Positions 1 to 9,359 of a DNA stretch of 9,359 bases are shown here, piece by piece (position 1 is the first letter of the stretch; each line of letters opens with the position of its first letter). The DNA lies in the IMG/VR virus record IMGVR_UViG_2541047443_000006, one strand, 5' to 3'. The DNA is from a virus (lineage: Duplodnaviria > Heunggongvirae > Uroviricota > Caudoviricetes). The notes under the pieces are model-generated. The model was not told the DNA's origin. It made no database searches and was given only the letters and a program-made list of their open reading frames with translations. A program made the position numbers and the translations under genes.

Positions 1-39
1 CCAGGCATAAGTATCATGTGAAATCCAACTATCCTTCTG

Positions 40-82
40 AGCCAGCACCTCTCCACCGAAAGTCAGTGCTGGCTGTTTTTTT
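40..82 (+). terminator. Rho-independent terminator-like hairpin: perfect 9-bp stem with 17-nt loop, followed by a T7 run
   Basis: Seen in sequence: agccagcac (40-48) is the exact reverse complement of gtgctggct (66-74), followed by g + ttttttt (76-82). No T-run follows the stem on the minus strand, so it is oriented for + strand transcripts. No ORF of 60 aa or more in 1-430. Confidence 0.5.
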
Positions 83-287
83 CCTTAATAAAGCATCTGT
101 AACTGGTTGTTGTTCTGCGGGTTCTGTTCTTCGTTGACATGAGGTTGCCCCGTATTCAGTGTCGCTGATTTGTATTGTCTGAAGTTGTTTTTACGTTAAG
201 TTGATGCGGATCAATTAATACGATACCTGCGTCATAATTGATTATTTGACGTGGTTTGATGGCGTAGATGCACGTTGTGACATGTAG

Positions 288-304
288 ATGATAATTATTA
301 TCAT
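288..304. repeat. 17-bp perfect palindrome atgataat-t-attatcat, about 35-50 bp upstream of cosN; possibly in the cosQ region
   Basis: Seen in sequence: 288-304 is self-complementary around the central t at 296. Assigning it to cosQ is inference from its position relative to cosN; I do not recall exact cosQ coordinates. Confidence 0.4.
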
Positions 305-339
305 TTTGCGGGTCCTTTCCGGCGATCCGACAGGTTACG

Positions 340-351
340 GGGCGGCGACCT
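340..351 (+). other. cosN: cosN cohesive-end sequence GGGCGGCGACCT (12-nt 5' overhang of the lambda-type cos site); top-strand nick predicted between 339 and 340
   Basis: Seen in sequence: caggttacg (331-339) then gggcggcgacct (340-351), which matches the joined right and left termini of phage lambda as I recall them. Supported by the lambda-type terminase genes immediately downstream. Confidence 0.85.
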
Positions 352-387
352 CGCGGTTTTTCACTATTTATGAAAATTTTCCGGTTT

Positions 388-504
388 AAGGCGTTTCCGT
401 TCTTCTTCGCCGTAACCTAATGTTTTTATTTAAAACACCCCCTGAAAAGAAAGGAAACGACAGGTGCTGAAAACGGGCTTTTTGGCCTCTGTCGTTTCCT
501 TTCT
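388..504 (+). promoter_or_regulatory. cosB: cosB terminase small-subunit binding region: R3 (about 388-403), AT-rich putative IHF site I1 (about 411-440), R2 (448-463) and R1 (489-504)
   Basis: Seen in sequence: cgtttcc at 392-398 and 493-499, and its complement ggaaacg at 453-459. R2 and R1 form a perfect 16-bp inverted repeat (agaaaggaaacgacag 448-463 / ctgtcgtttcctttct 489-504). The R3-I1-R2-R1 layout is established for lambda cosB; the IHF site position is approximate. Confidence 0.75.
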
Positions 505-528
505 CTGTTTTTGTCCGTGGAATGAACA

Positions 529-1048
529 ATGGAAGTCAACAAAAAGCAGCTGGCTGACATTTTCGGCGCGAGTATCCGTACCATTCAGAACTGGCAGGAG
601 CAGGGAATGCCCGTTCTGCGGGGTGGTGGCAAGGGTAATGAGGTACTTTATGACTCTGCCGCCGCCATAAAATGGTATGCCGAAAGGGATGCTGAAATTG
701 AGAACGAAAAGCTGCGCCGGGAAGTTGAAGAACTGAGGCAGGACAGCGAGACAGATCTCCAGCCAGGGACTATTGAGTACGAACGCCATCGACTTACGCG
801 TGCGCAGGCCGACGCACAGGAACTGAAGAATGCCAGAGACTCAGCTGAAGTGGTGGAAACCGCATTCTGTACTTTCGTGCTGTCACGGATCGCAGGTGAA
901 ATTGCCAGTATTCTCGACGGGATCCCCCTGTCGGTGCAGCGGCGTTTTCCGGAACTGGAAAACCGACATGTTGATTTCCTGAAACGGGATATCATCAAAG
1001 CCATGAACAAAGCAGCCGCGCTGGATGAACTGATACCGGGGTTGCTGA

Positions 1049-1074
<26 letters not shown>
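529..1074 (+). CDS. nu1: Terminase small subunit gpNu1 (181 aa), with N-terminal winged-HTH DNA-binding domain that recognises the cosB R elements
   Basis: ORF 529..1074; the translation (MEVNKKQLADIFGASIRTIQNWQEQGMPVLRGGGKGNEV...) matches lambda gpNu1 almost residue for residue from memory. Same length as lambda Nu1, positioned directly downstream of cosB. TAA stop at 1072-1074 overlaps the A gene. Confidence 0.95.
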
Positions 1075-4755
<3,681 letters not shown>

Positions 4756-4775
<20 letters not shown>

Positions 4776-6075
4776 TCTCCCGCATATTGCCAGCATGGCT
4801 TTTAATGAGCCGCTGATGCTTGAACCCGCCTATGCGCGGGTTTTCTTTTGTGCGCTTGCAGGCCAGCTTGGGATCAGCCGCCTGACGGATGCAGTATCCG
4901 GCGACAGCCTGACTGCCGGAGAGGCACCCGCGGCGCTGGCGTTATCCGGTGATGATGACGGACCACGACAGGCCCGGAGTTATCAGGTCATGAACGGCAT
5001 CGCCGTGCTGCCGGTGTCCGGTACGCTGGTCAGCCGGACGCGGGCGCTGCAGCCGTATTCGGGAATGACCGGTTACAACGGCATTATCGCCCGTCTGCAA
5101 CAGGCTGCCAGCGATCCGATGGTGGACGGCATTCTGCTCGATATGGACACACCGGGCGGGATGGTGGCGGGAGCATTTGACTGTGCTGACATCATCGCCC
5201 GTGTGCGAGACATAAAACCGGTATGGGCGCTGGCCAACGACATGAACTGCAGTGCAGGTCAGCTGCTTGCCAGCGCCGCCTCCCGGCGTCTGGTCACGCA
5301 GACCGCCCGGACAGGCTCCATCGGCGTCATGATGGCTCACAGTAATTACGGTGCTGCCCTGGAGAAACAGGGCGTGGAAATCACGCTGATTTACAGCGGC
5401 AGCCATAAGGTGGATGGCAACCCCTACAGCCATCTACCGGGTGATGTCCGGGAAACACTGCAGTCCCGGATGGATGCAACCCGCCGGATGTTTGCGCAGA
5501 AGGTGTCGGCATATACCGGCCTGTCCGTGCAGGCTGTGCTGGATACCGAGGCTGCAGTGTACAGCGGTCAGGAGGCCATTGATGCCGGACTGGCTGATGA
5601 ACTTGTCAACAGCACCGATGCGATCACCGTTATGCGTGATGCACTGGATGCACGTAAATCCCGTCTCTCAGGAGGGCGAATGACCAAAGAGACTCAATCA
5701 ACAACTGTTTCAGCCACTGCTTCGCAGGCTGACGTTACTGGCGTGGTGCCAGCGACGGAGGGCGAAAACGCCAGCGCGGCGCAGCCGGACGTGAACGCGC
5801 AGATCACCGCTGCGGTTGCGGCAGAAAACAGCCGCATTATGGGGATCCTCAACTGTGAGGAGGCTCACGGACGCGAAGAACAGGCCCGCGTGCTGGCAGA
5901 AACCCCCGGTATGACCGTGGAAACGGCCCGCCGCATTCTGGCCGCAGCACCACAGAGTGCACAGGCGCGCAGTGATACTGCGCTGGATCGTCTGATGCAG
6001 GGGGCTCCGGCACCGCTGGCTGCAGGTAACCCGGCATCTGATGCCGTTAACGATTTGCTGAACACACCAGTGTAA
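4756..6075 (+). CDS. C: Head maturation protease gpC (439 aa; S49/ClpP-like serine peptidase family), GTG start inside the B 3' end
   Basis: The long ORF 4621..6075 contains gtg at 4756-4758 preceded by gaggaggag (4743-4751), giving MTAELRNLPHIASMAFNEPLMLEP... as in lambda gpC (439 aa). Overlaps B by 20 nt. The upstream part of the ORF track entry (4621-4755) is rejected as a spurious extension. Confidence 0.9.
5470..6075 (+). CDS. nu3: Scaffolding protein gpNu3 (201 aa), translated from an internal in-frame ATG within C, sharing C's C-terminus and stop
   Basis: ATG at 5470-5472 is in frame with C (5470 minus 4756 = 714 = 238 codons); translation begins MDATRRMFAQKV. Coordinates match lambda Nu3 (lambda 5132..5737) at the same offset as neighbouring genes. 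No obvious strong SD is seen upstream. Confidence 0.8.
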   Translation: MDATRRMFAQKVSAYTGLSVQAVLDTEAAVYSGQEAIDAGLADELVNSTDAITVMRDALDARKSRLSGGRMTKETQSTTVSATASQADVTGVVPATEGENASAAQPDVNAQITAAVAAENSRIMGILNCEEAHGREEQARVLAETPGMTVETARRILAAAPQSAQARSDTALDRLMQGAPAPLAAGNPASDAVNDLLNTPV

Positions 6076-6084
6076 GGGATGTTT

Positions 6085-6417
6085 ATGACGAGCAAAGAAA
6101 CCTTTACCCATTACCAGCCGCTGGGCAACAGTGACCCGGCTCATACCGCAACCGCGCCCGGCGGATTGAGTGCGAAAGCGCCTGCAATGACCCCGCTGAT
6201 GCTGGACACCTCCAGCCGTAAGCTGGTTGCGTGGGATGGCACCACCGACGGTGCTGCCGTTGGCATTCTTGCGGTTGCTGCTGACCAGACCAGCACCACG
6301 CTGACGTTCTACAAGTCCGGCACGTTCCGTTATGAGGATGTGCTCTGGCCGGAGGCTGCCAGCGACGAGACGAAAAAACGGACCGCGTTTGCCGGAACGG
6401 CAATCAGCATCGTTTAA
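6085..6417 (+). CDS. D: Head decoration protein gpD (110 aa)
   Basis: ORF 6079..6417 in the track; the second in-frame ATG at 6085 gives [12 protein letters not shown]... as in lambda gpD (110 aa), with aaggga (6074-6079) 5 nt upstream. TAA stop at 6415-6417. Confidence 0.92.
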   Translation: MTSKETFTHYQPLGNSDPAHTATAPGGLSAKAPAMTPLMLDTSSRKLVAWDGTTDGAAVGILAVAADQTSTTLTFYKSGTFRYEDVLWPEAASDETKKRTAFAGTAISIV

Positions 6418-6437
6418 CCTGACCCTTCATCACTAAA

Positions 6438-6459
6438 GGCCGCCTGTGCGGCTTTTTTT
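6438..6459 (+). terminator. D-E intergenic hairpin: GC stem gccgc / gcggc with ctgt loop, followed by a T7 run; terminator-like or attenuator-like
   Basis: Seen in sequence: gccgc (6439-6443), loop ctgt (6444-6447), gcggc (6448-6452), then ttttttt (6453-6459). Lies between the D stop (6417) and the E start (6473). Confidence 0.45.
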
Positions 6460-6472
6460 ACGGGATTTTTTT

Positions 6473-7498
6473 ATGTCGATGTACACAACCGCCCAACTGC
6501 TGGCGGCAAATGAGCAGAAATTTAAGTTTGATCCGCTGTTTCTGCGTCTCTTTTTCCGTGAGAGCTATCCCTTCACCACGGAGAAAGTCTATCTCTCACA
6601 AATTCCGGGACTGGTAAACATGGCGCTGTACGTTTCGCCGATTGTTTCTGGTGAGGTTATCCGTTCCCGTGGCGGCTCCACCTCTGAATTTACGCCGGGA
6701 TATGTCAAGCCGAAGCATGAAGTGAATCCGCAGATGACCCTGCGTCGCCTGCCGGATGAAGATCCGCAGAATCTGGCGGACCCGGCTTACCGCCGCCGTC
6801 GCATCATCATGCAGAACATGCGTGACGAAGAGCTGGCCATTGCTCAGGTCGAAGAGATGCAGGCAGTTTCTGCCGTGCTCAAGGGCAAATACACCATGAC
6901 CGGTGAAGCCTTCGATCCGGTTGAGGTGGATATGGGCCGCAGTGCGGCGAACAACATCACGCAGTCCGGCGGCACGGAGTGGAGCAAGCGTGACAAGTCC
7001 ACGTATGACCCGACCGACGATATCGAAGCCTACGCGCTGAACGCCAGCGGCGTGGTGAATATCATCGTGTTTGACCCGAAAGGCTGGGCGCTGTTCCGTT
7101 CCTTCAAAGCCGTCAGGGAGAAGCTGGATACCCGTCGCGGCTCTCATTCCGAACTGGAGACAGCGGTAAAAGACCTGGGCAAAGCGGTGTCTTATAAGGG
7201 AATGTATGGCGATGTGGCCATCGTCGTGTATTCCGGACAGTACGTGGAAAACGGCGTCAAAAAGAACTTCCTGCCGGACAACACGATGGTGCTGGGGAAC
7301 ACTCAGGCACGCGGTCTGCGCACCTATGGCTGCATTCAGGATGCGGACGCACAGCGCGAAGGCATTAACGCCTCTGCCCGTTACCCGAAAAACTGGGTGA
7401 CCACCGGCGATCCGGCGCGTGAGTTCACCATGATTCAGTCAGCACCGCTGATGCTGCTGGCTGACCCTGATGAGTTCGTGTCCGTACAACTGGCGTAA
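6473..7498 (+). CDS. E: Major capsid protein gpE (341 aa)
   Basis: Track ORF 6446..7498; the ATG at 6473 gives MSMYTTAQLLAANEQKFKFDPLFLRLFFRESYPF..., matching lambda gpE (341 aa). The upstream M at 6446 would read through the D-E hairpin and is rejected. Confidence 0.95.
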   Translation: MSMYTTAQLLAANEQKFKFDPLFLRLFFRESYPFTTEKVYLSQIPGLVNMALYVSPIVSGEVIRSRGGSTSEFTPGYVKPKHEVNPQMTLRRLPDEDPQNLADPAYRRRRIIMQNMRDEELAIAQVEEMQAVSAVLKGKYTMTGEAFDPVEVDMGRSAANNITQSGGTEWSKRDKSTYDPTDDIEAYALNASGVVNIIVFDPKGWALFRSFKAVREKLDTRRGSHSELETAVKDLGKAVSYKGMYGDVAIVVYSGQYVENGVKKNFLPDNTMVLGNTQARGLRTYGCIQDADAQREGINASARYPKNWVTTGDPAREFTMIQSAPLMLLADPDEFVSVQLA

Positions 7499-7500
7499 TC

Positions 7501-7525
7501 ATGGCCCTTCGGGGCCATTGTTTTT
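7501..7525 (+). terminator. E-FI intergenic hairpin: perfect 7-bp stem with a UUCG tetraloop, followed by tgttttt
   Basis: Seen in sequence: atggccc (7501-7507), ttcg (7508-7511), gggccat (7512-7518), then tgttttt (7519-7525). Starts 3 nt after the E stop codon. Confidence 0.5.
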
Positions 7526-7539
7526 CTGTGGAGGAGTCC

Positions 7540-7938
7540 ATGACGAAAGATGAACTGATTGCCCGTCTCCGCTCGCTGGGTGAACAACTGAACCGTGATG
7601 TCAGCCTGACGGGGACGAAAGAAGAACTGGCGCTCCGTGTGGCAGAGCTGGAAGAGGAGCTTGATGACACGGATGAAACTGCCGGTCAGGACACCCCTCT
7701 CAGCCGGGAAAATGTGCTGACCGGACATGAAAATGAGGTGGGATCAGCGCAGCCGGATACCGTGATTCTGGATACGTCTGAACTGGTCACGGTCGTGGCA
7801 CTGGTGAAGCTGCATACTGATGCACTTCACGTCACGCGGGATGAACCTGTGGCATTTGTGCTGCCGGGAACGGCGTTTCGTGTCTCTGCCGGTGTGGCAG
7901 CCGAAATGACAGAGCGCGGCCTGGCCAGAATGCAATAA
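7540..7938 (+). CDS. FI: DNA packaging / head assembly accessory protein gpFI (132 aa)
   Basis: Track ORF 7501..7938; the ATG at 7540 preceded by ggaggag (7531-7537) gives MTKDELIARLRSLGEQLNRDV..., matching lambda gpFI. The extension back to 7501 would read through the hairpin and is rejected. Confidence 0.92.
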   Translation: MTKDELIARLRSLGEQLNRDVSLTGTKEELALRVAELEEELDDTDETAGQDTPLSRENVLTGHENEVGSAQPDTVILDTSELVTVVALVKLHTDALHVTRDEPVAFVLPGTAFRVSAGVAAEMTERGLARMQ

Positions 7939-7949
7939 CGGGAGGCGCT

Positions 7950-8303
7950 GTGGCTGATTTCGATAACCTGTTCGATGCTGCCATTGCCCGCGCCGATGAA
8001 ACGATACGCGGGTACATGGGAACGTCAGCCACCATGACATCCGGTGAGCGGTCCGGCGCAGTAATACGTGGTGTTTTTGATGACCCTGAAAATATCAGCT
8101 ATGCCGGACAGGGCGTGCGCGTTGAAGGCTCCAGCCCGTCCCTGTTTGTCCGGACTGATGATGTGCGGCAACTGCGGCGTGGTGACACGCTGACCATTAA
8201 CGGCGAGATGTTCTGGGTGGACCGTGTTTCTCCGGATGACGGAGGGAGTTGTTATCTCTGGCTCAACCGTGGGCAACCACCGGCAGTTAACCGGCGACGA
8301 TAA
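7950..8303 (+). CDS. FII: Head-tail connector / head completion protein gpFII (117 aa), GTG start
   Basis: ORF 7950..8303 with gtg at 7950-7952 preceded by gggagg (7940-7945); translation MADFDNLFDAAIARADETIRGYMGTSAT... matches lambda gpFII (117 aa). The C-terminal third appears more diverged from lambda than the N-terminus (from memory). Confidence 0.9.
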   Translation: MADFDNLFDAAIARADETIRGYMGTSATMTSGERSGAVIRGVFDDPENISYAGQGVRVEGSSPSLFVRTDDVRQLRRGDTLTINGEMFWVDRVSPDDGGSCYLWLNRGQPPAVNRRR

Positions 8304-8317
8304 ACGCAGGGTGAATT

Positions 8318-8851
8318 ATGGCGATAAAAGGGCTTGATCAGGCGATTGAAAATCTGAGCCGGGTTCGTAAAAACGCCATTCCGGCGGCTTCAGCAATGGC
8401 CATTAACCGCGTGGCCACAACGGCGATTAATCAGTCTTCATCACAGGTTGCCCGGGAGACAAAGGTACGCCGGAAACTGGTAAAGGAACGGTCCAGACTG
8501 AAACGGGCCACGGTCAGAAATCCGAATGCCAGAATTATCGTTAAACGCGGTGATCTCCCTGTGATTAAGCTGGGGATCAGGATGCTGGGCCGTCGTCCGG
8601 ACAGCATACTTAAAGCTGGTCAGCATCGGTATCAGCGGGCATTTATCCAGCGATTAAAAAATGGTCGCTGGCATGTCATGCAGCGTGTGGCCGGGAAAAA
8701 CCGTTACCCCATTGATGTGGTGAAAATCCCGATGGCGGCCCCACTGAAACAGGCGTTTGATGAGAATATTGACCGTATCCGGCGTGAACGTCTGCCCGGA
8801 GAACTGGCATACGCGCTGAAACAACAACTTAGGATTGCGATAAAACGATGA
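8318..8851 (+). CDS. Z: Tail completion protein gpZ homolog (177 aa), a diverged allele relative to lambda gpZ
   Basis: ORF 8318..8851 in the position of lambda Z; the N-terminus (MAIKGL...) and C-terminal half (...RLKNGRWHVMQRVAGKNRYPIDVVKIPMA...) resemble lambda gpZ, but the protein is 177 aa against 192 aa as I recall for lambda. ATGA overlap with U at 8848-8851. Confidence 0.85.
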   Translation: MAIKGLDQAIENLSRVRKNAIPAASAMAINRVATTAINQSSSQVARETKVRRKLVKERSRLKRATVRNPNARIIVKRGDLPVIKLGIRMLGRRPDSILKAGQHRYQRAFIQRLKNGRWHVMQRVAGKNRYPIDVVKIPMAAPLKQAFDENIDRIRRERLPGELAYALKQQLRIAIKR

Positions 8852-9243
8852 AACATACTGATATCCGTGCGGCAGTGCTGGATGCACTGGAGCTGCATGA
8901 ACACGGGGCGACGCTGTTTGATGGTCGCCCCGTTGTTTTTGACGAAGAGGATTTTCCGGCCGTCGCGGTTTATCTGACGGATGCAGAGTATACCGGTGAA
9001 GAGCTGGATGCAGATACCTGGCGGGCCACACTGCATATTGAGGTGTTTTTACCGGCACAGGTACCGGATTCGGAGCTTGATCAGTGGATGGAAAGCCGGA
9101 TTTATCCGGCGGTGACTGCGATCCCGGCACTGGCAGACCTGATTACGACGATGGTTACGCAGGGCTATGAGTATCGTCGTGATGACGATATGGCGTTATG
9201 GAGTTCTGCGGATCTGACTTATTCCATTACATACGAGATGTGA
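8848..9243 (+). CDS. U: Tail terminator protein gpU (131 aa)
   Basis: ORF 8848..9243; 131 aa as in lambda gpU, with recognisable but not identical sequence ([15 protein letters not shown]...[10 protein letters not shown]). Confidence 0.88.
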   Translation: MKHTDIRAAVLDALELHEHGATLFDGRPVVFDEEDFPAVAVYLTDAEYTGEELDADTWRATLHIEVFLPAQVPDSELDQWMESRIYPAVTAIPALADLITTMVTQGYEYRRDDDMALWSSADLTYSITYEM

Positions 9244-9250
9244 GGACGAT

Positions 9251-9359
9251 ATGGCAACACCAAATCCCCTTGAGCCGGTAAAAGGTGCCGGTACCACTCT
9301 GTGGGTTTACAACGGCAAGGGTGATGCTTATGCAAACCCGTTGTCAGACGATGACTGGC
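9251..9359 (+). CDS. V: Major tail tube protein gpV, 5' partial (first 36 codons; runs off the window end)
   Basis: ATG at 9251-9253 preceded by gagga (9242-9246); translation [36 protein letters not shown] resembles the lambda gpV N-terminus ([10 protein letters not shown] core). The position after U matches lambda gene order. Not in the ORF track because no stop falls inside the window. Confidence 0.8.
   Translation, partial: MATPNPLEPVKGAGTTLWVYNGKGDAYANPLSDDDW

Noticed and set aside
134-139. TTGACA hexamer resembling a sigma70 -35 element in the right-end non-coding region; also ttgtga at 275-280 near gataat at 290-295
   Set aside because: No acceptable -10 element at 16-18 bp spacing in either case (spacers about 13 and 9 bp), so I do not call a promoter.
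430-789. 119-aa minus-strand ORF spanning cosB and the nu1 5' end
   Set aside because: It overlaps the cos regulatory region and runs antisense to nu1. The composition is low-complexity and there is no support for it as a gene.
6446-6472. Upstream Met for E (track start at 6446) and the analogous extended starts for D (6079) and FI (7501)
   Set aside because: The extended starts lie inside or upstream of intergenic hairpins and lack an SD. The downstream starts give the known lambda N-termini and have an SD-like sequence at appropriate spacing for D and FI.
6596-7147. 183-aa minus-strand ORF inside E
   Set aside because: Antisense shadow ORF within the major capsid gene; no RBS or promoter evidence.

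Overview
This window is the start of the left (morphogenesis) arm of a phage-lambda-like siphovirus genome or prophage, and I find no novel or undescribed system in it. It contains about 339 bp of non-coding phage right-end sequence, the cos site (cosN 12-nt cohesive end at about 340-351, cosB R3/R2/R1 elements at about 388-504), and then a co-directional + strand array: nu1, A, W, B, C with nested nu3, D, E, FI, FII, Z, U and the first 36 codons of V. Gene order, lengths and overlaps (ATGA junctions, GTG starts for A, C and FII, in-frame nested nu3) match lambda with a constant coordinate offset from nu1 through FII. Z is 177 aa, against 192 aa as I recall for lambda, so this is a lambda relative with a mosaic junction near FII/Z rather than lambda itself. 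All substantial coding capacity is explained by these genes; the long antisense ORFs are shadow ORFs. Remaining points of interest are small structural signals: an intrinsic terminator near the left edge, a palindrome just upstream of cosN, and terminator-like hairpins after D and E. All comparisons to lambda are from memory and need alignment to confirm.
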